A stretch of 55,942 nucleotides of DNA from Peptococcaceae bacterium UBA3933 (GTDB lineage: Bacteria; Bacillota; Peptococcia; Peptococcales; BICA1-8). The stretch covers positions 1 to 55,942 of the forward strand of contig DGEF01000124.1 in NCBI GenBank assembly GCA_002385805.1. Reading direction: 5' to 3'. Positions 38,362-46,589 of the stretch are shown in pieces. Below the pieces are notes generated by a model, which did no database searches, was not told the DNA's origin, and worked only from the letters and a program-made list of their open reading frames with translations. Both the position numbers and the translations under genes were made by a program. Numbering within the stretch: the first letter of the stretch is position 1; every line of letters begins with the position of its first letter.

Positions 38362-38379
38362 TTGTGACAATTATAACAT
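38362..38379 (-). promoter_or_regulatory. candidate Rex operator overlapping the rex -10 box
   Basis: The minus strand reads ATGTTATAATTGTCACAA. This matches 11 of the 14 specified positions of the Rex consensus TTGTGAA-N4-TTCACAA, and contains TATAAT. Confidence 0.45.
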
Positions 38380-38420
38380 ATGCAAGAAGACTTCTACAAT
38401 AATCTACAAAATTTAAACAA

Positions 38421-39242
38421 TCAATTAATTAATACCTTGTTAGTAACCTTTTCTATTGTTTCATGGTAACAATCAATTAATTCTAAAAGATACCCTTGAC
38501 ATAGTAAAACAGCCTCATCCCGCTTTGTTTCTCTGATTTTATCCAAAACTTGCCCATATATAATAGCTTTTTCTTTTAACATTGACAATTCTTGATAATA
38601 GTTTTTACTTTCATCCATTTGTAAAATTTGATCAGTTTTAGAAATCGCCCTATTTACTTCCTCTTGGATTTTATTAATCATTTCCGACCAAACTTGTTCT
38701 TTATAAACGGAATAATGAGGTGAGACAAACATTTTTAAAGAATGATTTAAAACTAGATTATACTCTCCCAAAAGAGGAGCAAATTTTCCAGCCATAAAAC
38801 TATTGTCGGACGGGAATTTCAAAGCCCGGTCATTAATTAAACCTTCACCGATAAATATTTCAAAACCTTTTTTCTCTAAATTTTCTTTGAGGACAATTCC
38901 ATTATTTTTTTCACTAAAACAACCTACCCAAATTTTATAAGGTGGCCCGGAAGAAACGAAAGGCCTTAAACCTATTTCTATAAGCCGATCTATATTAGCT
39001 TGAGCCGCTTTCACTTCCGAATATATACCTATCTGTAATGTATAGAATTTTACAGAATCCAAACGCAACACTTTTAATTTTTCTACCGGAGCAGGATTTG
39101 AAAGAGTTTCGCTTACAGGGTTGTCCTCTGACAATATATTATAAATATAATAACTACCTAAAAACTGGCCAAACAAAATACAGATTACCACAATATTTAT
39201 AGAAACAAGAACTATTACAAAAATTTTGCGGAAATTGATCAT
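38421..39242 (-). CDS. membrane-anchored SPOR-domain protein
   Basis: N-terminal TM helix. SPOR-like segment YTLQIGIYSEVKAAQANIDRLIEIGLRPFV..YKIWVGCFSEKNNG. Confidence 0.7.
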   Translation of the reverse strand: MINFRKIFVIVLVSINIVVICILFGQFLGSYYIYNILSEDNPVSETLSNPAPVEKLKVLRLDSVKFYTLQIGIYSEVKAAQANIDRLIEIGLRPFVSSGPPYKIWVGCFSEKNNGIVLKENLEKKGFEIFIGEGLINDRALKFPSDNSFMAGKFAPLLGEYNLVLNHSLKMFVSPHYSVYKEQVWSEMINKIQEEVNRAISKTDQILQMDESKNYYQELSMLKEKAIIYGQVLDKIRETKRDEAVLLCQGYLLELIDCYHETIEKVTNKVLIN

Positions 39243-39260
39243 ACCTTCACCCCAAGATTT

Positions 39261-39380
39261 GTGGCTAGTTGATAGTGGCTAGTGGCTGAAATTATTAAAC
39301 CACGGATAAACACGGATGGACACACATAAACACGACCGAAGGTTGTAATACTAGCCACTAGCCTCTAGCCACTAACCACT
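39261..39380. repeat. composite word-array intergenic element, copy C (long hairpin)
   Basis: The left arm GTGGCTAGTTGATAGTGGCTAGTGGCT (39261-39287) is complementary to the right arm (39351-39379) at 23 of 27 positions. The loop carries 10-nt periodic CACGGATAAA-type units. Confidence 0.9.
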
Positions 39381-39392
39381 ATGTTTTATATC

Positions 39393-40694
39393 TTATTCAG
39401 TGATGAAGGTTTTTAGAACATATTCTCTACTTTCACCTACTAAATAAAAGGACCCGCAAATACAGACCAGGTCATTACTATGGGCAATATTTAAGGCACA
39501 CTCTATGGCCCGGCGATAATCTTCCTCAACTAAAACATTATCGGTGTATTTATGGGCAATTTCGGCTAAACTTTGCCAATTACCGGCCCTAGGACTAAGG
39601 GGTTTAGTTATTATTAAGGTATGAGCTAAAGGTGCAAGATAGGCCAGCATTTTCTCCTGTTCCTTATCACTTAAAATACCTAAAACCATAACCAATTTTT
39701 CATAATTAAAATATTTTGGCAATGACTGCGATAAACGAAAAGCCCCATCAGGGTTATGGGCTCCATCCAGAACAATTTGCGGTTTTGTGTCATAATACTC
39801 CAGTCTCCCAGGCCATTTGACTTTTTCCAAACCTTTTTTAAGATCGGCTGGCGGGATTATCCAACCCTTTTCTTTTAATACTTCAACGGTAGCAATTGCC
39901 GTTACTGCATTTTCCAGTTGATGGTCACCTAATAAAGGCAAGAAAAACTCACCATAATCATTCTGGCCAGTCTTTACTTTAAAAAACTGCCCATAGCTGG
40001 AAAAACTTATTTGTTCATAAATATAATCACTGGCCCGGTAAAAGGGAGCTTGTTTTTCTTGAGCTTTTTGGGCTAATACTTTTTCCACCTGATCATCCTG
40101 CCGGGAAATGACTACTGGAACTCCTTTTTTAATAATTCCCGCTTTTTCCTGGGCAATTTGGAATAAATCAGACCCTAAATAATCTGTATGATCCATGCTA
40201 ATACTGGTAATTACCGCAACTTCCGGCATAACCACATTGGTAGAATCCAAGCGCCCCCCCATACCTACTTCAAAGATAGCAATATCCACCTTCTCTTTTG
40301 CAAAGTAGTTTAAGGCTAAAGCGGTAAGCACCTCAAATTCGGTGGGGTTTTCCCCCACCTTTTTTAACACTTGAGGTATCAATCTTCTTAAATACTCCAT
40401 TTCTTTGCTAAAATCCGCTTCAGAAATCTCCTGTCCGTTGATTTTAATCCTTTCCCGGTAATCATGAAGATGAGGGGAAGTAAAAACACCTGTTTTATAT
40501 CCACTGGATTCCAGTATACTGGCCAGCATGGCTGTTGTAGAACCTTTGCCGTTGGTCCCTCCCACATGAATAGTCTTTATTTTAAAGTGAGGATTATCTA
40601 ACAAATTTAAAAGATTAGTAATCCGCTCCAAACCCAAATTAATACCAAATTTACATAATTCATGAAGGTAGGCCAGAGCTTCGGAGTAGTTCAT
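39393..40694 (-). CDS. folC: folylpolyglutamate synthase / dihydrofolate synthase
   Basis: GTNGKGST P-loop in a Mur-ligase fold. Lies downstream of valS as in Bacillus. ATG 40694 lies after GGAAG; the track start is 40718. Confidence 0.9.
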   Translation of the reverse strand: MNYSEALAYLHELCKFGINLGLERITNLLNLLDNPHFKIKTIHVGGTNGKGSTTAMLASILESSGYKTGVFTSPHLHDYRERIKINGQEISEADFSKEMEYLRRLIPQVLKKVGENPTEFEVLTALALNYFAKEKVDIAIFEVGMGGRLDSTNVVMPEVAVITSISMDHTDYLGSDLFQIAQEKAGIIKKGVPVVISRQDDQVEKVLAQKAQEKQAPFYRASDYIYEQISFSSYGQFFKVKTGQNDYGEFFLPLLGDHQLENAVTAIATVEVLKEKGWIIPPADLKKGLEKVKWPGRLEYYDTKPQIVLDGAHNPDGAFRLSQSLPKYFNYEKLVMVLGILSDKEQEKMLAYLAPLAHTLIITKPLSPRAGNWQSLAEIAHKYTDNVLVEEDYRRAIECALNIAHSNDLVCICGSFYLVGESREYVLKTFITE

Positions 40695-40745
40695 TTGTTC
40701 ACTTCCTTTTAGTGGCACCGGTTTTCCGCACCCACTGCACTAGGG

Positions 40746-43388
40746 TTATTTTAGGCTGTCCAACCTGGTTAACAAGGCCTCTTTATTGGCCTGGTATTTA
40801 TTAAGTTTATCTTTTTCTTTATCAATTACTTCCTGGGGAGCCTTGGCCAAGAACCCTTGGTTACTTAATTTTTTCTCAAGCCTACTGATCTCCTGTTCCA
40901 TTTTATCTACTTCTTTTTCTAAACGGGCAATCTCTTTTTCAATATCAACTAGGCCTTTCAAAGGTAAAAATATTTCAATCCCCTGTACAACTGCGGTAAC
41001 CGCCTGTTGAGGTTTTTGGGCTAATTTTAATTCCAATTTCAAATTGCTGACAGTAGCCAGCTGCTTAATAAATCCTTCCCCATTACTAATAACCGTTAAA
41101 TAGTCCTCCCTGTTGGCTCCAATAATAATTTCCGCCTCTATACCCGGAGGAATATTCATTTCACTACGCAAGTTTCTAATAGCCCTGATGATTTCCATAA
41201 CTAAGGCCATTTCTTCCTCAATCTTCTTATCTACAAATTGCTCCTCAACCTGAGGCCAGGTTGTTAACATAATTGTTTGGCCTTCATGAGGCAGATGCTG
41301 CCAAATTTCCTCTGTAATAAAAGGCATAAAGGGATGTAACAATTCCATGGTTCCCCGTAAAACATTAGCCAGAACACTTTGGGCAGTAGCCTTGCTTACC
41401 TCATTTTCTTTACCGTATAGACGTGGTTTCACCAGTTCAATGTACCAATCACAAAACTCACTCCAGATAAAATCATAAAGCAATCGTGCAGCTTCCCCTA
41501 ACTCATACTTTTCTAAAAGTTTTGTTACTTGATCTACGGTAGAATTAAAACGACTTAAAATCCAGCGATCCGCTAGATTATACTGGGGAGCATATTTTCC
41601 TTCTTCATAATCTTTTAGATTCATTAAAACAAAGCGAGCTGCATTCCAAATCTTGTTGGCAAAATTACGGGTAGCTTCTAATCTTTCAAAATGAAATCTT
41701 AAGTCGTTCCCAGGGGTGTTACCGGTTATCAGCATAAACCTTAAAGTATCTGCTCCATACTCTTCAATTACCTCTAAAGGATCTACCCCATTACCCAAGG
41801 ACTTACTCATTTTTCGCCCTTGAGCATCCAGAACTAAACCGTGGATAAACACTTCTTTAAAAGGTATTTCCTCCATGGCATATAAAGCTGTAAAAATCAT
41901 CCTGGCTACCCAGAAGAAAATGATATCTCTTCCCGTCACCAACACACTGGTAGGATAATACTTGGCTAAATCCTTTGTCTGCTCCGGCCAGCCTAAAGTT
42001 GAAAAGGGCCATAAACCTGAACTAAACCAGGTATCTAAAACATCCGGATCCTGCTCTAAATTATGAGAGTTACATTTAGGACAAGTTGAAGGATTTTCTT
42101 TACTACAAATCACTTCCCCACAGTCCTGGCAGTACCAGACGGGTATCCTATGCCCCCACCATAACTGGCGAGAGATGCACCAGTCTCTAATGTTCTCCAT
42201 CCAGTCCAGATATATTTTGGTAAACCTTTCCGGAACAAAACGGGTTTTACCTTCTTTAACTACTTGAATAGCCGGTTGGGCTAAGGGCTTCATTCTTACA
42301 AACCATTGTTTAGAAACTAAAGGTTCGATAACTGTATCACAGCGGTAACAATGACCTACTGCATGATCATGGTCCGTTATTTTAACCAGGTAACCTTGCT
42401 TTTCCAAATCCTCAACAATTCTCTTACGGCATTCATATCTATCCAACCCTTGATAAGGTCCCGCATTTTCATTCATACGAGCATCTTTGCCCATTACAAC
42501 CACCTCAGGCAAGTTATGTCTTCTTGCCACCTCAAAATCATTAGGGTCATGGGCAGGTGTAATCTTAACGGCTCCGGTACCAAACTCTCTATCAACATAT
42601 TCATCGGCTATTACCGGAATCACTCTGTTGACAATGGGTAAAACAAGGTTGGTACCTATTAAATGAGCATAACGTTTATCTTCCGGATGAACTGCCACTG
42701 CTGTATCTCCCAGCATGGTTTCCGGTCGTGTAGTAGCTATTTCGATATAATCAGTGCCGTCTTCAGTAGGATAGCGCAAATGATACAGCTTGCCTTTTTC
42801 TTCGGCATGTTCTACCTCAATATCGGAAATGGTGGTCTGGCAATGAGGGCACCAGTTAATAATATAATTATCCTGATAGATCAAACCATCGTTATACAAG
42901 CGGACAAATATTTCTCTTACTGCCTTGGAACAACCTTCATCCATAGTAAAACGTTCCCGGTCCCAATCACAAGAGGTTCCCAGTTTTCTTAACTGTTGAG
43001 TAATCCGGTTACCGTACTGTTCTTTCCAGGCCCAGGCCCTTTCCAAAAACTTTTCCCGACCCAATTCATGCTTATTTGTTCCCTCTTCAGCTAATTGGGC
43101 TTCAACTTTGGCCTGGGTAGCTATCCCGGCATGGTCAGTACCGGGGAGCCATAAGGTATTATACCCCTGCATCCTCCGCCAGCGGGTCAAAATATCCTGT
43201 AAAGTATTGTCCAAAGCATGACCTAAATGTAAAGAACCGGTCACATTAGGGGGAGGCATAACAATGGAAAAATGAGGCTTGTCCTCATCCACATCGGCAT
43301 GGAAGAATTTATTATTTTCCCAATAAGTATACCATTTTTCCTCTACCTGCTTAGGATCATAAACTTTCGATAAGTTATTCTCAGTCAT
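40746..43388 (-). CDS. valS: valine--tRNA ligase
   Basis: HIGH-type motif (SLHLGHAL), KMSKS, and a C-terminal coiled coil. ATG 43388 lies after AAAGGAG; the track extension to 43439 runs into the T-box terminator. Confidence 0.95.
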   Translation of the reverse strand: MTENNLSKVYDPKQVEEKWYTYWENNKFFHADVDEDKPHFSIVMPPPNVTGSLHLGHALDNTLQDILTRWRRMQGYNTLWLPGTDHAGIATQAKVEAQLAEEGTNKHELGREKFLERAWAWKEQYGNRITQQLRKLGTSCDWDRERFTMDEGCSKAVREIFVRLYNDGLIYQDNYIINWCPHCQTTISDIEVEHAEEKGKLYHLRYPTEDGTDYIEIATTRPETMLGDTAVAVHPEDKRYAHLIGTNLVLPIVNRVIPVIADEYVDREFGTGAVKITPAHDPNDFEVARRHNLPEVVVMGKDARMNENAGPYQGLDRYECRKRIVEDLEKQGYLVKITDHDHAVGHCYRCDTVIEPLVSKQWFVRMKPLAQPAIQVVKEGKTRFVPERFTKIYLDWMENIRDWCISRQLWWGHRIPVWYCQDCGEVICSKENPSTCPKCNSHNLEQDPDVLDTWFSSGLWPFSTLGWPEQTKDLAKYYPTSVLVTGRDIIFFWVARMIFTALYAMEEIPFKEVFIHGLVLDAQGRKMSKSLGNGVDPLEVIEEYGADTLRFMLITGNTPGNDLRFHFERLEATRNFANKIWNAARFVLMNLKDYEEGKYAPQYNLADRWILSRFNSTVDQVTKLLEKYELGEAARLLYDFIWSEFCDWYIELVKPRLYGKENEVSKATAQSVLANVLRGTMELLHPFMPFITEEIWQHLPHEGQTIMLTTWPQVEEQFVDKKIEEEMALVMEIIRAIRNLRSEMNIPPGIEAEIIIGANREDYLTVISNGEGFIKQLATVSNLKLELKLAQKPQQAVTAVVQGIEIFLPLKGLVDIEKEIARLEKEVDKMEQEISRLEKKLSNQGFLAKAPQEVIDKEKDKLNKYQANKEALLTRLDSLK

Positions 43389-43877
43389 TAACTTTTCTCC
43401 TTTCCAATTTGCTGACAATATTATAAAAGCCTCTCTCATCCCTAAGGACGAAAGAGGCTACTTCCGCGGTACCACCTTAATTTCACAATAAATGTGACTC
43501 TTTACAAGCTATAACGGGCTTTCCCGAAGAAACCTACTGAGTTAGTGACTAGTGACTGGTGACTAGTCACTAGTTGGTAGTGGCTAGATTTAGTGATTAG
43601 TGACTGGTGACTAGTAATGTCTTAGTCTTAACCTCAACCTTAACCTTACGACCGTAGGGAGTTTAAATCTCGCCCACTCGCCCACTGACATCTTGAGTGT
43701 CCCGTGAGTGTTAGACTCGCTCACTTCTTTTTCCGTTCAGTTTCCTGCCTCCGGGGCTACCTTCAGGTTGGAGCATCCAGGGAATTTTTCAGCCAAGAAT
43801 TCCCCTCTCTTTAGGAGCCGGAACAACCCTACTCCTCCCCTTCAACGGCTGTTATATTATAAATACACTTTCACATT
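43389..43877 (-). promoter_or_regulatory. T-box leader of valS, unusually long
   Basis: On the minus strand: the T-box sequence AATTAAGGTGGTACCGCG (core at 43476-43465) and a terminator stem (43459-43428) followed by a U-rich run. Stem I has an AGAGA element (about 43850-43730). There is a UUCG-capped stem III (about 43537-43518). Confidence 0.8.
43541..43726. repeat. composite word-array element, copy D, inside the valS T-box leader
   Basis: GTGACTAGT/GTGGCTAGT words include a 19-nt direct repeat TAGTGACTGGTGACTAGT[CA], present twice, and the 12-bp palindrome GTGACTAGTCAC. AACCTTAACC words lie at 43621-43650. CGCCCACTCGCCCAC and GACTCGCTCAC words lie at 43669-43724. Confidence 0.9.
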
Positions 43878-43883
43878 TTCTAT

Positions 43884-43911
43884 ATTATACAATGAAATTC
43901 ACCTCTGTCAA
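43884..43911 (-). promoter_or_regulatory. consensus sigma-A-type promoter for the valS leader
   Basis: On the minus strand: TTGACA (43911-43906), a 16-nt spacer, then TATAAT (43889-43884). Confidence 0.6.
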
Positions 43912-44402
43912 GTTCCGAAAAATTTTTGCTTTTTCGCTTCTTTAAAGCTGTAGCCCAGGCGTGCTTTTTTGGCCTGTAATGCTTTTAATCCCACTATTCC
44001 GCCGGAAGTTCCCAGCATTACTGAGGCTGCCCATTGAAAAAGCACATGTTCCCAGCCGACTAAAGTAGGGACAACTTCTAATAAGAAGATGGCTGAGAGA
44101 AATCCTAAAAATACCCCTGTCCACAAACCATGCTGCCATCCTTTAAATCCTGCCCGATAAGCTGCCAAAAATCCTCCTAAGAAAAATACACTCCAGGTTA
44201 CTAATTTCAATAAACCTTCCATGACATAAATTGTTTCATCAGTGAAAATAACCAGACCCATAGTGCCCATCCCTACTAAAAGTATCCAGAGAAACAGGGA
44301 CATTAAAATACCATACCATAATGCGGCAAAACTAACCCCCAATTCTTTGCTGTCCGTAAATTTTTTTATGCTTCCACTGATTTTCCTTAAATCTTTTTTC
44401 AC
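43908..44402 (-). CDS. hypothetical integral membrane protein (about 4 TM helices)
   Basis: 164 aa with hydrophobic helices. Resembles small Firmicute membrane proteins of unknown function. Confidence 0.6.
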   Translation of the reverse strand: MKKDLRKISGSIKKFTDSKELGVSFAALWYGILMSLFLWILLVGMGTMGLVIFTDETIYVMEGLLKLVTWSVFFLGGFLAAYRAGFKGWQHGLWTGVFLGFLSAIFLLEVVPTLVGWEHVLFQWAASVMLGTSGGIVGLKALQAKKARLGYSFKEAKKQKFFGT

Positions 44403-44545
44403 CTCAGTCCTCCCCCTTTATTTACTAAACTCAGTAAATTTCTATGTAAAAAATATAAAATTATTCAAATTAATAGAAATTATTACTACTGAACTCTAAT
44501 TTTTTGAATATACATAGATTGAGTTTTTCGGGAGGTGAAAATCCG

Positions 44546-45583
44546 GTGAACCGGAAAAAATGGAGCATTTTATTAATATTTCTATTTTCAGTAATATTAA
44601 TTACCGCCTGTCATCTGCTAAAAAAAGATTCACCTTCTCTTACCACTATTCACTTACAGGAGTTTTCTCACAGCATTTACCATGCACCTCAATATGTGGC
44701 CGTAAACAAGGGTTTTTGGGCAGAAGAAGGCCTCATAATCCGAATAGAACAAGCTAAAAGTAATCCTCAGGAAATAATAGAGGGACTGCTTACAGAAAAT
44801 ACAGAAATTTTGTTAATTGACGGGCAATTAATACTACCTTTACTTAAATCATCGGCGAGAGAAAATATAATCGGTTTTGCTCAAATAACTCAGAATGAAG
44901 GCTCTTTTTTAGTCCACCGGGAAGAAAAACATGATTTTCAATGGGAAGACCTAAAAAAGGAAATAATTATTAGTAGCCCCTCGGAAACCTTATCCCAAGC
45001 TCTTTTAGAATATGTTCTTAGAGAGAATAAAATCAGACCTTATCGCGAGGTGGATGTGGTTGAAAATATTCCTTCAAAGGAACTGGCGGTAGGTGTATTT
45101 AAAAGCGGTAGCGGAAATTTAATTCAACTTTCCGAACCCCTTGTTTCTCTAGTAGAACAAGAAAAAGAAGGCTATGTTGTCACTTCTTTGGCCGGGCAAA
45201 TTGGCAACATCACTAACGGTGTATATGTAGCTCCAAGAGATTATCTGGAAACAAAACAGGAAATCATTCAAAAGTTTACCAATGGCTTATATAAAGCTCA
45301 AATCTGGTGTGCTACCCACGATGCAAAAGAAATTGCCCAGGTAATAAAACCTTTTTTTCCTGAAGTAAAAATGGAAATTCTCGAAACAGCAGTAAACCGG
45401 TACAAAGACCTGGAAGTCTGGAATACTAACCCTGTTATTCAAAAAGAAAGTGTAGCCAGACTCCAGGAAATTCTGACAAATGTAGGAAAAATGGGGGCAG
45501 AAATTTTTGAAAATGATTTTATAGACAATTCCTTTGCCCAAAATGCCATAGAAAATATCCCCTGGCCGGAAGAAAGCAAGTAA
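44546..45583 (+). CDS. ABC-type substrate-binding protein, NMT1/THI5 (SsuA/TauA-like) family, orphan
   Basis: Signal/anchor with a Cys (ILITAC), then FSHSIYHAPQYVAVNKGFWAEEGL, typical of the NMT1/THI5-like fold. GTG 44546 lies after GGGAGGTG; the track start is 44504. Confidence 0.65.
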   Translation: MNRKKWSILLIFLFSVILITACHLLKKDSPSLTTIHLQEFSHSIYHAPQYVAVNKGFWAEEGLIIRIEQAKSNPQEIIEGLLTENTEILLIDGQLILPLLKSSARENIIGFAQITQNEGSFLVHREEKHDFQWEDLKKEIIISSPSETLSQALLEYVLRENKIRPYREVDVVENIPSKELAVGVFKSGSGNLIQLSEPLVSLVEQEKEGYVVTSLAGQIGNITNGVYVAPRDYLETKQEIIQKFTNGLYKAQIWCATHDAKEIAQVIKPFFPEVKMEILETAVNRYKDLEVWNTNPVIQKESVARLQEILTNVGKMGAEIFENDFIDNSFAQNAIENIPWPEESK

Positions 45584-45986
45584 CTAGTGACTGGAATTAT
45601 GAACCACTAATGCACACAGATTAACACAGATAAACACTAATGGTTCGCCTAACGGCGAAAAATATTGATATCTTTTGAATGAGCATCTGCTTTAAAGCTC
45701 TTTATTAGGGATGCATCTGCTCACGGGTTAAAATTTAGGGATGCATCGTCTTTAAAGTAATCTTTCAGGATGCATCAAAAAATGAATCCTAAAAGCAGAT
45801 GCATCATGCAGCATAACCCTAAAGCAGATGCTCATATAGAATTGCAATAATTATTTTTTCGCTTACTCGCCACATGCCCACTACAAACTAGTCACTAGTC
45901 ACTAATCACTAAATCTAGCCACCAGCCACTAAAAACTAGCCACTAAACTATTTGTATTCATCCGTGTTTATCCGTGGTTAATAATT
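45582..45986. repeat. composite word-array element, copy E (about 400-nt imperfect palindrome between convergent genes)
   Basis: The terminal inverted repeat is AATTATGAACCAC (45595-45607) against GTGGTTAATAATT (45974-45986). An internal perfect 16-bp inverted repeat is ATGAGCATCTGCTTTA (45679-45694) against its complement (45820-45835). Five GCATC cores are spaced 29-30 nt apart. A GTGACTAGT/GTGGCTAGT array lies at 45887-45946. Confidence 0.9.
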
Positions 45987-45989
45987 CTA

Positions 45990-46589
45990 TTACCATCTAG
46001 TGTATTCTTTAAAACAAGCCAAACACACCGGCTTACCATTCTGTAGCCTGCCCCGGGGCTCCATAAAATACTCCCCACATTCCGCACAAGGAATCGAATT
46101 AAAGATCCTGGCTTTACTAGGTAACTGAATATCTACAAATTCCACTTTACAGATTTTTTCAAAGGGTAAATGCAAAATGTCCTGTATACGCTGTTGCTGT
46201 TGAGATTGAAATAATTCTTTTTCTTCACTGCTGGCTTTGCCGCTGAATACTTTTTCTCTGAGAGCTTTCTGTTCTTCACTGGGTTTACTTCCATAAAAAG
46301 CAACTCTTACAGCTTTGTTTCCATCCCTACGGGCAATGGTGTACACCTGTTTACCATAATCTCTGAAAAATAGATTGCCTTTACCCAAGGTACAACCGGC
46401 AATGACCTGAACCCCGTCCACTCCACAGGCATCCGTTTCTACAATGGCTACTAATTCTTCATCTTCCGCCCTTTCCACTCCTAATTTTTCTAAAGCGATT
46501 AGACTTGCCCGTACTCCTAAAGCCAGGCCGGGGCAAGCATGACCGTGAAATTTAACGGCTTCTTGCCATTTTGTTGTTATATCCATCAT
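45990..46589 (-). CDS. FmdE/FwdE-family protein with C-terminal zinc ribbon
   Basis: FHGHACPGLALGVRA motif plus a C-terminal CAECGE...CLAC. Confidence 0.8.
   Translation of the reverse strand: MMDITTKWQEAVKFHGHACPGLALGVRASLIALEKLGVERAEDEELVAIVETDACGVDGVQVIAGCTLGKGNLFFRDYGKQVYTIARRDGNKAVRVAFYGSKPSEEQKALREKVFSGKASSEEKELFQSQQQQRIQDILHLPFEKICKVEFVDIQLPSKARIFNSIPCAECGEYFMEPRGRLQNGKPVCLACFKEYTRW

Noticed and set aside
43389-43439. N-terminal extension of ValS in the ORF track ([17 protein letters not shown])
   Set aside because: The extension is translated from the T-box terminator and U-run. ATG 43388 has a good AAAGGAG RBS and starts the conserved ValS N-terminus. The same reasoning led me to trim the starts at 7755, 9456, 10866, 17719, 35151, 40718, 44504 and 52342.
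43708-43953. 81-aa + strand ORF in the valS leader region
   Set aside because: It lies antisense to T-box stem I and the promoter, and has no RBS. The T-box interpretation explains the region.
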